64,000 nt of DNA, taken from the NCBI GenBank assembly GCA_050575255.1, contig JBNZDD010013610.1, forward strand, positions 2,154,366 to 2,218,365. Reading direction: 5' to 3'. A program made the position numbers and the translations under genes. Shown in pieces: positions 13,031 through 25,340 of this stretch. Every line of letters begins with the position of its first letter. Position 1 is the first letter of the stretch. The stretch is from Harriotta raleighana (lineage: Eukaryota). Under the pieces are notes generated by a model. That model ran no database searches. It saw only the letters and a list, made by a program, of their open reading frames with translations, and was not told where the DNA came from.

Positions 13031-13105
13031 GGAAGCCAATGAAAAACTAGGAAATAAGATCAAAGCACAAACCATGCAAATACTCCATCTATCTACTGAA
13101 AAAGA
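13031..13105 (+). CDS. PMFBP1: PMFBP1-like exon (75 nt, phase 2-2)
   Basis: Acceptor tctttttcag|G, donor GA|gtaagt; EANEKLGNKIKAQTMQILHLSTEK resembles human PMFBP1 [24 protein letters not shown] (from memory). Confidence 0.88.
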
Positions 13106-13696
13106 GTAAGTATTTATCATTGGGAACCGTGGTGTTAAAGTAATCTGACCCTCACTGTTCCTTAGAGTTAAGTACTACACTAACTGATCTCATCTCTTTA
13201 TCTAAAGAGAACACACAATACAACCAGTATTGTGTCTGATCCACATCCTGTGCAGTTTAAAAGAGTCATTTTACTTTGTATTCATTTTTTGTTGGCATTA
13301 AAGGAAAACAAGATTGAGCCCCTCAATATGTTGTTTTCACCCTCATTTGAGATACATCTCACTTGAGTAAATGAAAAATTCTGTCTGGCATTTGGGGAAT
13401 ATCATTTTTGCTCGACAACATTTAGTTTACATTTATGGATTGAGCCATCTCAGCGGGAAAGTCAGTCTTTAGTTGCTTCAATCTAGAATGAAATATAGAA
13501 TTACATTTTTTTTTAAAAACCCTGGGGTTTACAAAAGTGTTGCGGCATATTTTCTGGAGATGATGAATGACTAACAGATGTTTTTTTTAACTGTTTATCT
13601 CAGCTATATATCCCATTTACATTCTGCTGTTCCTTTATCTTAGCTTCAGTAATGACCATTTCTGTTATTGCTGTTGTAATCTTTGTCACAACACAG

Positions 13697-13790
13697 CCAT
13701 CTACAGGAAATGAATGAACGTCTACAGCATGAGAACAAGAAATTAAAACGTGACCTGGATGAGAGAAGGATTGCAAATGAGAGATGGAAG
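13697..13790 (+). CDS. PMFBP1: PMFBP1-like exon (94 nt, phase 2-0) with GC donor
   Basis: Acceptor acacag|C; (D)HLQEMNERLQHENKKLKRDLDERRIANERWK resembles human [25 protein letters not shown]; donor AAG|gcaagt. Confidence 0.82.
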
Positions 13791-14239
13791 GCAAGTCCTG
13801 TTTATTAAAGGGAACTTGGATCAGTGAGATATAAAAAAAATGCATGGTCCCTCCCAAACTTTTCCCCAAAAGGTGCCATAAAAAGCAATTTTGTTTTAAA
13901 TCAATGTGTTTTTTGAATAGTTTTGCTATTCAAGCAGACTTGTGCTACTCTCCATTCTTCTATATCTGAATATAACCAGACATAATGATAGTGGACTGCT
14001 TTTATTGCTCTGTTTATACTGTTGAAAAGCAATTTAAAAATCATATCCAGAAATAAAGCGATTAAGAGAAAGAAATTTAGAGCAAAGATACTAACCTGCT
14101 AAATGGCAGTTGAAAAGCATTTTAGGGCAATGTCAGGTAGGGGGCATTAACTCATTCTTTTGCACAGTCTTTGGAAATGTGACTGCTGTCCTGTTTCTCC
14201 CCACTTATTGAACCTCATTAATTCATATTTTTGGCACAG

Positions 14240-14304
14240 GCTCAACATGTTAAGCCATCAGACCATTGCGGTATCATCCGTCAGTTCCATAGCCAACACG
14301 AGAA
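14240..14304 (+). CDS. PMFBP1: Probable PMFBP1-like penultimate exon (65 nt, phase 0-2)
   Basis: Acceptor ggcacag|GCT, donor AA|gtaagt; AQHVKPSDHCGIIRQFHSQHE is open and phase-compatible with the preceding GC donor; no recalled homology. Confidence 0.6.
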
Positions 14305-14491
14305 GTAAGTACTTCTAAATCTGTCTCAGTATTATTACGATTAAAACAATCCCCATTTATTCATAGGAATCAGATGTCCAAGTTGTTTTTAAATCTCAAG
14401 CAATTTTGTTGCTTTTCCACAATTAGCCCAGTTTTAGCTCAGTTAAGATTATGTGTTTTGCCATTTCATCAATTCTCCAGTGGTTATCGGG

Positions 14492-14496
<5 letters not shown>

Positions 14497-14539
<43 letters not shown>
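14497..14539. repeat. (TA)n microsatellite
   Basis: About 21 TA units. Confidence 0.95.
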
Positions 14540-14543
<4 letters not shown>

Positions 14544-15184
14544 CCTGCTGCTGCCTATAAAACTTAGCATTTTAAAAAAAAGTGAATTAGATCCTTATAC
14601 AGTATTTGAATCTGATTGTGGGAGTCTTGAGCACATCGTTGCTGACACGCTGAAAGCTATAATTGAAGCACATGTTTCTCTTCATTAAATGATTGGCTAT
14701 GTTTTAGTCCATTTTTGTGACACAGATTACTGTTGGTGCAATACCGCTGACATTTTTGCACAGATTCCAAAGTTGAATCGAGTTTTCTGAATGCACAAGA
14801 CAAACATGTCAATAATCAAATTACAGCATAAAGAAAATTGCAGCCTGACGTTCAGAGTACAGTATAAAGAAGTACCAATTTTCTGTCGTTTTTATTTTCT
14901 GTTTAAAATCTTTCCTGCTTTCACATATCCTTCAGCAAGGAGAACAAGCAGACTACTTTCACAGTTTTTGTCAGTGACTTTCCAGGGGCTCAGGTAGCAG
15001 AAACAAAATATAGCATCAGTTTCAGATTGAGCTGCAGTGCTGTTTGCCTATCATTAAGCAGCAATGCTGCTCAATGGAAAATTTATGAAATTCATAGCAC
15101 AATGGTTAGCACTTTGAGGTGTCTACTAGTATTGATGTCATGGTTCACTAGAACAGCCTTGTGAGATGAGCAGTTTTCTTCAAC

Positions 15185-15290
15185 TCATCATCCTCCTTTC
15201 CATCCACACTTTTAGCGCTTTGGGACGTCCTCCCGATGTGAAAGGCACTATACAAATGCAATGGTGTTGTTGTTGTTGTGGTTGTTGTTT
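15185..15290 (+). mobile_element. L2-type 3' tail
   Basis: AGCGCTTTGGGACGTCCTCCCGATGTGAAAGGCACTATACAAATGCAAT(GTT)n. Confidence 0.75.
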
Positions 15291-15837
15291 TAGTTCTCAT
15301 AGCAGACGCCTGAGTGAGAGACAAAGCTACCTAGTCTTAGGTTTCTGCAATCCATCCTGCTCTGTAACCAGCTAAGAGTAGATGCACAGGATGCAACAAG
15401 GTTCATTGGAGAGTTTCAGTTGAAGATCTTATGGCCTATTTGATTTCATCCTTCCAGAGTTACCACCCTCCTATCCTCCCATTACAACACAAAGCTGTTT
15501 CTTGAATAAGTTAAATCCAGGCTTCAACCAGCCTTACTGATCACCCACTCAGGTCATTAGTTACGCTTTGGGTAAAGAATATACATCCTGGGATCGGCTG
15601 TGAAGATTGTCTCATTTTCTGATTTTTCTTCCTTGTGCCTTATGCTTGGCGCTTCATTGCATTTTACCGTCAAAATTTCTAGTATTAATATGTCAGTTTG
15701 GCTCAGTTAGTATCACTTATGTTTCTAGGACATTAAGTTGTGGGTTTGGACTTGCACTCATAGTCCAGAATGCGTATTGTCAGAGGGACTGGCTTTTAAC
15801 TGAATAGTTAAACTGAGATCCTGTGTTCCAGTTCAGT

Positions 15838-15905
15838 TCATAGAATGTTACGGCACAGAAGGAGGCCATTTGGCCCATCGAGTCTGTGCCGGCTCTTTGA
15901 CAGAG
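15838..15905 (-). mobile_element. CR1 3' tail
   Basis: Reverse complement GGCACAGACTCGATGGGCCAAATGGCCTCCTTCTGTGCCGTAACATTCTATG. Confidence 0.7.
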
Positions 15906-18544
15906 CAAGTTGAATGTTAAAAATCTCTTGACAATATTGAAAGAAAGAAGTTTCCTTTGGTGTTTTTGACAAGCAATCCTCAAATTAATTGAATATTCAT
16001 CTGATACTGTTTGTGAGGTCTTGCTGAGGTGAATAGTGTTGGTGCACATCTATCTACAATAATAGTCTCACTTTTGAAGCACTTTGAGTCATTCTGAATG
16101 TGATGCATTGCTATAAAAATGCAAGATCTTGTTATTTCTCACAGTCTATACATATTTTTAAGATTTGTGATCTTTTACCAAAGAAAAGGGAATACTGTAA
16201 AAAGGTCATATTATAGAGGTTTCTGTCCAGTCAGCGACTATTTATATTGCATATCCCAGCCTAGGTATTGCAATAATGTGGTTTCACTGCACAACAGTAT
16301 TTTTCATAATAACAATGGAAGGCACTTTATAATAATCTGTATGTTGGAAATAGTTTAAACCCTTTAAATGATCTAATAATGTGTTCAAAATTGTCTCCAT
16401 AATTCAACAAGGACAATCTGTAGGATTGCTACCTAGTTGGGCAGCGATCCATTGCTTCACTGTCTCTTTCCTCTGAGTCCTGATAGTTAAAAGTATTTGT
16501 GAAAGCATTTACCTGAAACCTAATGTAGCTGTTTAATAAAGCGACAGGATTTGTCATTGACTGGTAATTACACCACAGAAAATCAATTCAGCTGCTTCTT
16601 ACTTAAAGGAACTCTACAATTTTCCATTATCCAGCGTAAAGGAAAAATTTTAATGCATGACTGGCATCCAAAAGGTCACAATCTCTCGACAATCAAATAC
16701 TTATTGAAGAAAAAGCCAATTAACCCTATCACCACTTGTCGTAGTGCTACTTTTTTCCACCAACTATTTAAAGGACTCAACTGCTGTACATAAGGGATAT
16801 GTGCAGGGTTGGTAGCCCTGACTGCACTGCTATTGTGTAACTTGAGTCACTTCACATTATTATGATTGGAGGTCTGTGTGAGATCAATTTCACACAAATA
16901 AAAACCTCAGCATGAATTTTGCTTTTCCACATTTGATTTATAAATCAATGGGGAGAAAAAAAATCAGTTGTTGTGCTTGCATTTCCAGAATCAAAAAGAA
17001 ATGATCTCTCTAATACTTGTCTCTCTCTCGTAAAACAAATACTTGGCGCCCACAGTGATGACATTAATTGGTGTTCCACATGATGATGATTGTGCTATAA
17101 AAGAAATATCCTACCTTTATCATCCTAATCTGATTTCAGTAGATATATAGATGTGCTTCAGTATCCAATGACGTCATTCTTCCAATACATTTAAAATGAA
17201 TGTTAAATTAACAAACTGTTTGAGGAACTCTCTCTCTCTACGGATTCACTAGATTATTGGAGCAATTCTTTACAAAATTCGGAGACGTTTTCGGGGCCAC
17301 ATCCTTTTCAGATGAGCCGGGAAATTGATTTTGAAATCGGCCTCGAATTTTACCGCAATGGAAAATACTGAGACTTTACCATTAGAATTACATATATAGT
17401 TGCCCCACAGTAAAAATAAATTCACATTTCAAACTGATCCGCCACTATCTTTCCTCCACCCCCGTATTGGCAAGAATCCTCTTTCAACAAACCAGAAAAA
17501 AAAATTGCTGACATAATTACATTTTTGTACCTATCTTCTAATTATTTTCACAATTTATTATCAACTGTTTTATTGCAGCAATCTTTGAGGATATTTTGAT
17601 GCAATCCTCTTATTTATTTTGGATGATCAATTTTCTTGATTACAATAGGAAAATACTTTTTGTTTTCATATAAATCCCCACTGAAATAAATCACACTAGT
17701 CAGAATTCTAATGATGATTATTACCAAAATAAGTGAATGCAACGAAAATCATAATCAGATAGGTTTCAGAGCATAATCCTTAGCGAACCCTGTAGCCTTG
17801 TTAGTAACTTCTTTAGCGTGCTTTCTCAACAGGTACACACATATTTGACTTGATTTAAATTAAATTAATGCGCTTACAAAGACTGCCAGGGCACAAACAT
17901 TGGGAGACTAGCACATCTAATGTTTTGCGAAGTTGCTCTTGATATCTGTGCAGCCAGAAAGAATTGCTTTATCAGTTCTGGCACTTCTTTTAACCATGTT
18001 ACAGTATTCACAAGGAGCAAGTGCCAACTGCAGGTGTGTCAGAATAAAAATAAAAGCAGTTAAAGAATGGGCACTTTTATAGTGTGATCATCTGTAATGT
18101 GAATGATTGCTTATTGACCACGTCGAGTGATTTTCTGGGGATGTGAACTAATTTTTTCTAAAGTAATTTTTATCTACTTATTTGGTATACCAATAGGTTT
18201 CCTCCTTCATAAATTTGTAATATAAATGTTTTATTATGGAATCAATCCATCTTAATTTTTGCATATATATATATGTACAATTATTCCAAAGCATTCTTAT
18301 TTTAAAGATTCACAGTGTAGATTGGTATCAAATTTTTATTCTTGTTTTTCCTTTCTCTATAAATCATTCCCTACCTAAAACATCACAAAGATCTTTCAGA
18401 CTGTGTCTTGATTTAAATTTATTAAAGTTTAGTTGTTTTTAAAATCAGTCCAAATAGTTTATTCAACCTTTCATCTTTGTGACATCTAGAAGATGTGAAA
18501 AGTGCAATATCAAATGCAAGGTTTATATTATTATTACTGTTGTT

Positions 18545-19241
18545 GTTCATCCCCCCACATCCACGCCATAATCCACTCTGCCTTCCCTCACATTCACAAC
18601 ATTGCCTGACTCCGCCACTACCTCACCCCTCAGGTCACTCAAGCTCTTTCATGCCTTCATTACATTCAGGCTCGACTAGGCCAATGTCCTGCTTTTCGGC
18701 CTCTCCAATTCTCTCTCCATAGGCTGCAGATCATCCAGAACTCTGCAGCCTATGTCCTATCCCACAACAAACTCCGCAACCCCATCTTCCCCCATTCTTG
18801 CCCAATTCCATTGGCTTCCCACCATTCAGAGGATTCAATTCAAGATCCTGGTACTCAACTTTAAAGTCCTCCATAGCCTTGCCCCATCCTACCTCTGCAA
18901 CCTCCTAACCCGCTACTAATCTGTCCGTTCCCTCCACTCAGTTGGCTCCAGCTTTTCCATGTCCCCCAACCCACCCGCCTCAGCATTGGCAGGTGAGCCT
19001 TCAGCCACTCTGCCCCCAACCTTTGGAATTCATCCCACAATCCCTCCGCTTCGCCCCTTCTCTCATCTCCTTCAAGACCTGCCTCAAGACCCTCCTGTTG
19101 GACCATGCCATTCGTCACCTGCCTTCCCTCCACCATCCCCGATCCCAACCCCTGCTTGGGTCTGAAACACTGATTGTCCAGTGCGTTGGGAAATCCACCC
19201 GATGTGAAAGACAGTATACAAATGTAATTTTGTTGATGATG
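18545..19241 (+). mobile_element. 5'-truncated L2 LINE (ORF2 C-terminus, 3' UTR, tail)
   Basis: HNIA*LRHYLT..HAFITFRLD*ANVLLFGL..LHRLQIIQNSAA..HWLP..RIQFKILVL.FK.LHSLAPSYL, the classic L2 C-terminus with stops and frameshifts; ends in a (TTG)-like tail. Confidence 0.88.
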
Positions 19242-22051
19242 TTTAAATATCTGGTGGGATTAAATATAAAAATATAAAACCTAAGATTGCTTTTGTATGG
19301 AGAGAGGACCTAATACTGAGCGTATTTCCACATTGCCATGTTAAACGTGGCTGCACCAAACCCAGGCTTCAAAACCAAATTGTTGCCTTTCACATGAATA
19401 CCTTCAGTATAAATTGACCTAATGTTAATGGATTTGTGTCTTTAGTGGTCAAAAATTCAACTAAAGTGGCTATGTATTTATCCTCATGTGACCATAGTCA
19501 TGGTTTCAATCTTTCGCCGTGGCTGATTTTTTAGCTGGCCTAACATATGCATTGTGAGTTACATCAGTGCTCAGCTAACTACAACTGCATTTAGTGCATT
19601 CAGCCTCAGGGAGAAAAGTGACACTTCATCTGTCTCACACTGCAGTAAGTGCAACTTCATTTGGCTAAATCATGGAGAAGCAGTGGTGTTGAAAATCAAA
19701 GACCAATTTGTGACCTTGTTCACCTGCCGGATGGCTTGTGGGAAAGAATGGTTTTCCCGAGGAGGGGGGGGGAGCAGGGTATATAAGAAAGAATGGCAAA
19801 ATAAAATCTAAATCTGCAACCTGCCAGTGGAAACCCGACAGGATTTGAGCGAGCATTCACTTCATTTCCCACTTCTCTTCACTAATCTTTGATTAGTTCA
19901 GAATGACTAATGATTTCCTTTTTTTTGTACTGAAATGTGCATCTGGCAGGCAGCCGTGCTATGAAATGCTGACTCTGACCCACCAGAGCATGCATAAGCT
20001 TGCAATTAAAGTGCATCTGACCTGCTTTTAATGTATTGTCTTATTATTTTAAATTAAGAATTGTAGATTTGTTATTGTCCCACCAGAGATGGTCGGAAAC
20101 ATCAGAACCGTGGCAGAGAGTACAGATTCAAATCTTTGTTCTGTAATTAATGCATTTTTATTAACTGTCATTATAATCCTTGGATCTGTGAAACTAACAC
20201 AACAGAGTATTTCATCTCATCTGAATTAAACCCCTTTGAAGTAAAAATCGAGGCAATTTTCTTCCTCAGAAATCCACACCTGCTTTGCTAAATTACCATA
20301 TTTTAATAGAAATGTGTAGATTTTACATTGTAAAAAGAAGGCTGCACTGTCCCCAGATGTTTGGGTTAAAGAGTTGTCCTCATTAATTTTTAGCCAATAC
20401 AGATGGGGCTCTTATTGATTGGATGCTCTGTTTATTTAGGATTAAAATGAAATATTTATTTGGGCGTGCTTATTCGAGCATAGTTTTTTTTCTCTCTTTT
20501 TTGTGTTGAAGTTAGTTAACGGAAAATGACATTGATGAGATTTTTGCTTCAAAACCTGACACTTTGGAAAACTTGGCTATCTCCTTAGGAAGTAGTTTAT
20601 TACGTTCACAGTGATGATCGAGTGCAGGCTTAATGCAGCATGGCAAAAGTGCTTTGGACTGCAGACTTTTATGTTGGACCGTGTTAAATTGCTGAATATT
20701 TTGGCATGGCAGCAGCTCCACGTTCCAGTGAAGGTTGATGGAGTTTGGGAGATTAATGCTACAGCAAAAAAAAATCATACAGGATTTAAAAAAAATCTCT
20801 GCCACGATCTGAACCTATTTCCACTACGTTGATGGTGCTTAAACCGGTCATAACTAGTATCCAGGTTGGTATAAAACTGCTTTTCTTCAAGTGTTATTCC
20901 ATTCCCAGGTCTAGCAGGAAGATACTGGCAAGGCTTCATGGTCTTTGCCAACATAAGTCTAACAGAGCTCATAGGGAGCGAGATACGATGCCCTCTGATT
21001 TTACTCCTATAGGTATGGGATGAACAATTCAACATGGAGAGGTATCTGGCCAACTGATGTTTCACAAACACTTAATTATAATGTTGGAAACTAGCATACA
21101 TTCTCATCGATGCCAAATTCCTTCCATGTATTCCCCTACTATTGGTTCTGTTTCCATTCATTTTTCTTTGGTCTCTTTAACTTGGCATCATCCCATCTCC
21201 AGCCATGCTGGCTGCCTGCAGCAATCTTGTGAACAGTTACATTGCTTTCCTGTGAATTGTAATTGATACAGTTGACAAACCTCAATGAAACGTGAGAGAC
21301 CGATGTTAAATTCATCAATATAAAAGCAGACCAGCTTTATAATAATCCTTCCTTGCATTAGATATATCATGTCTTCGAGATGCCTTAAAGCGCTTCACTG
21401 AATATATAAAATATTATAAAGTGAATTGACTATATTGTGTGGGCTAAATGAGCACAACAATGTGGTGAGTGGTGTCCAGGACCCAGCTAGTACAGACTCT
21501 TTCATTTTCACAGGGTTTTTTTTTTGCTCCTAATGTCCTGGTTTGACAGCTGGTTGTGTTGCTGGGCTCTATTCAGGCCTCGGGACAAGGATTTTCTAGG
21601 CTGGCTTGCTTTTAGAGGTCCTTTAGGAACCACAGCAAGAGCTGTGTACCAGGAATGCAAGTCAGTCCATGCCCCGACGGCTAACTGATTACTTCTGACA
21701 ACTTTGAAGATGAACATTTGAACCTTCATTGCAAGACTTGTTACTTTATTAGTTAAATGTCAGACATTTCAGCTCTTCTTCTAAACTCTGAATATTCTCT
21801 GCACTGCTCCATTGTTACTTTAAGATTTAAATGTCAGACATTTCACCTCTTTTTGAGACCTGAATCTGCTCCACGTCATTTTTTTCTCTTTTTGAAAACA
21901 GAATACAGTACCTGTAGCAAACTCCTACTGACTAGCCCTGGTGAAGGGGCCAAATGAAAAATAGGCAATTTCAGCAGAAATAAAGCAATATTTATAGGTG
22001 CTATATTTTCCATTTAAGAAAGCGGGCATAACCTACGATTCTGGAGAGATC

Positions 22052-22163
22052 TTTCGCCCACAAAATAAACAATCAATTCACTTTACAGTATACCTGTGAA
22101 GCACTTTGAGACATCTCGAAGATGTGATAAGACGCTATGATCAAATGCAAGGATTATTGTTAT
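22052..22163 (+). mobile_element. SINE 3' fragment
   Basis: TTTCGCCCACAAAATA..CAATTCACTTTACAGTA..TGTGAAGCACTTTGAGAC..CAAATGCAAGGATT. Confidence 0.7.
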
Positions 22164-23884
22164 CTTCAAATTTGACCAAAAGTCGTGTGAAAAAAAATCA
22201 ACGTATTTACCATAACAGTATGCTTGCATGCTTTACATTTCTTCTGACTGTCATATCACCCATACAGTATTTACCAACCTGAAATGGTATCTGAATGTTT
22301 ACCACCGGCTGATTAGAGGTCCATTAGGCTTTGCAATGTTTATGTTACTTGCTTATATTGAGAAATCAGGATTGTTCTGACACCATTTCAGTTGCACTAT
22401 TTCACTGTCCAAAAGGTCTGAGAACACTGACAAAAGTGGCAAAAGTGTGTGAACAGTGAACTGTTTACATTGCACAACTAGCATTGACTCAATATTAAAC
22501 TAAAAGTTCTGCATAATTCAAGCTCCCGCCTCAAAATCTAATCAATGCATTGACTGCAGATGAAACCAAGTGATTTGAAGAATTTTTCTAAAACTATTAG
22601 AGAGCTTAATAGTGGCAGAGCCTGACTCTGAGACGGTGGGGGCGGTGGCATAAACAATATTGGATCGCACCAGAAGTACAAATATGGAATAATTGAAATA
22701 TAAAACTATTCTTGCTTGCCAATTGGTTAACCTCACTATTTTAAGTTGCCTCGATTAATAACTGAATGTAAACAATTGTTCATTATTTATTTGCAATATT
22801 GGATTTTTAAAATATATGTACTGTATTTAAGCAAACCCCATGTTTACAAATCATACACTGTACCATAGAAAACAACCCCTCAGTTTCACTAACTGTTTGA
22901 GAAGATTATCAGGGCATTCATAATGGGTTATCACTCTGTGCATGGAAGAGGTTATCAGACTTAGAAAATGAGACTTAAGTAGGTAAACATTCATCACAAG
23001 CTAAATGTACTACAACCAGTTTTTTTTTTTAAATTAGTTATTGATCAACAGTGTATTGATTTGCAGTTTTTCACACCGATTCCTCACACTATTAACTCCA
23101 TAAAGTGTCATTGACCATTTGTGCAAATTTTGCTTTAAATAAATCTTAAACACTTTAATTTAATTTTACACTTTAAAATTCAGAACTACCCTCACACTCT
23201 CATTGGCATTTTAGGTTGCAGTCCAGATGCATATAAATATTTTCATTCTACTTCCATTTTTTCATTTCATTTTTGCGGGGCAGGCTCGAGGGGCAGAATG
23301 GCCTACTCCTAATTCTTATGTAAACGACTGTCTTTGCACAAATGCTACTTGAGTTTTCCCCTCTTGGACACTTTTCTGTTAAATGTTCCGTGAAACTTTC
23401 AGATGGTGTTGCTTGGCAACAGTGTGATAGACCTTCTTTACCCTCTGAAGATTGAAGAAATAAGCAGTTTAAAGTATATTTGCAGGAGAATCGAATTGAC
23501 TCTGTAACCAATGTGTACCTTCAGGCACCAGATGAGTTTAAAGCCAGAAAAATTTAATATTACTTTTCTGTCACTTACCTCATTGCTGTTGTAAATAGTT
23601 TGGGTGAATCACAGTGAGAACCTGCAGTGGGACATGTGTCCTCTCACTCCCTTGTTTTTCTTGAAAATCTGTTTTTGTTTGAATTCTGTTTGATAATAAT
23701 AATCATTGTATTTGATATAGCACCTTATCATGCCATGGAAAAACATCAAAGCACTTCATAGTATATATTGTAAAGATGGTGTACTTTATGTGATGTGTAT
23801 TTGCATATCAGTATACTACACTCTCTTTTGTTTTTTTTTACTAATTATTGCACTAATTAAGTATTACCTTAATATATTTTACTT

Positions 23885-23967
23885 GAGCGCTTTGGGACGT
23901 CCTCCTGACGTGAAAGGCGCTATACAAATGTAATTTTTGTTTTTTGTTGTTGTTGTTGTTGTTGTTG
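23885..23967 (+). mobile_element. L2-type 3' tail, well preserved
   Basis: AGCGCTTTGGGACGTCCTCCTGACGTGAAAGGCGCTATACAAATGTAATTTT(GTT)n. Confidence 0.8.
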
Positions 23968-24969
23968 AGCATAAATAGAAGACATAAATAGAAGACAGGA
24001 AAATGAGAAAACATTAACACTTCTCCTCTAGCCCCCATCCCTAATAAAATAAAACTGTCTTTAGATTAGCTGATATTCTCAAATGACACTCGACTATTGT
24101 CAAAACTTCCAGCTCAAAATATTACATAAAATTAAATAAGAATTTTATATTCTCCATTCATTTAGAGAAAGCATCTTTGGCTCCAGTTCAACTCTGCGCA
24201 GTATTTTTGACTCATTGTGATATTTTGATTATTCTGATGGAACAAGTATACTGGTGGAACTAATTTAAAAAGTCAAAATAATGTGAGATTTAATTTAATA
24301 CCAGAACTCTCCATTTTTATAAATATAGAAAGTACATTCTGTTTCATAGTTTAACTAAATGGTAATTCAATAATGTTCCAGGAACAAAAACTCAATAATG
24401 CAGTAATAGGTCACTGCAGTTAAAACTCTTAACTCTCGCCACTTTTATTAGCTCGGATTTCAACATGGAATGCTGTTGCTTAATTCATTTCAGCCTGTAC
24501 AATTTATAGAGTAAACAAATTTAGTAGCTGTGCTTTCAAACTGTATTTGCAACATTCATTTTGACATAATTTTAAGGATCTAAATCTGAAATGCAAATTG
24601 TTTTGCACCATTATCTTATGTGACAGGATAATTTTAGGTTACACAAAAAAGTACAGGAGCCAAATAGGACAATGATTTACAGGGTTATTTGCCCGATAAC
24701 TGATTAAACCAGCTCATTCTTGGCAAACAAAGAAATGCTTATTATGAACGTTTCGGAGGAAGTGGGGTATTATATAACTCTTGTAACTCAAGAAAAACAG
24801 TAACAAATAACTGGAACCTCTCAGAGTGTACTGCACAGAAAAAATAATATAATATTTTTCAAATATTAAAATTCATTTAAATCATAATCCCAGCATTTGA
24901 TATACAGGTTTCATGTTAGGATGATATCTTAAAGCACTACACAGGTTTTACTGTACAGCACAGCTACTA

Positions 24970-25340
24970 ATAATGATGATCCTTGCATTTGATATAGCGT
25001 CTCACCAACTTGTCGAGACATCTCAAAGCCCTTTTTCACAGGAATATATTATTCAAGTGGCTTAACTGTATTTTGTGGGCAAAATGGCTACTATATATTT
25101 TGTCAGCAATTTGTAGCACGGCAATGTCCCGCAAACAACTATGAATGATCAATTTAATATGGGATATTATTGCCCAGAGCAGAGAAATTCCCTTCTCTTT
25201 TTGAATAAGGTCATGGGATCTTCAATGTCCACCTGAGTAAGCAGATGGGACTTAACGTCCAGAGGAGCACAATGAACCCCCAGCACTGCTTTGGAGTGTC
25301 AGCCTAGACAATGTGAGTCCAAAGCAAGGCTTGAACTTAT
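24970..25340 (-). mobile_element. Ancient Deu-domain SINE (SacSINE1/AmnSINE-like)
   Basis: CATGGGATCTTCAATGTCCACCTGAG..GCAGA..GGAGTGTCAGCCTAGA resembles the reverse Deu core as recalled; SINE tail at the left end. Confidence 0.6.

Noticed and set aside
20512-21071. Cluster of overlapping ORFs after a pyrimidine tract
   Set aside because: No recognisable protein, and the open frame after the AG is phase-incompatible with the exon ending at 14304.
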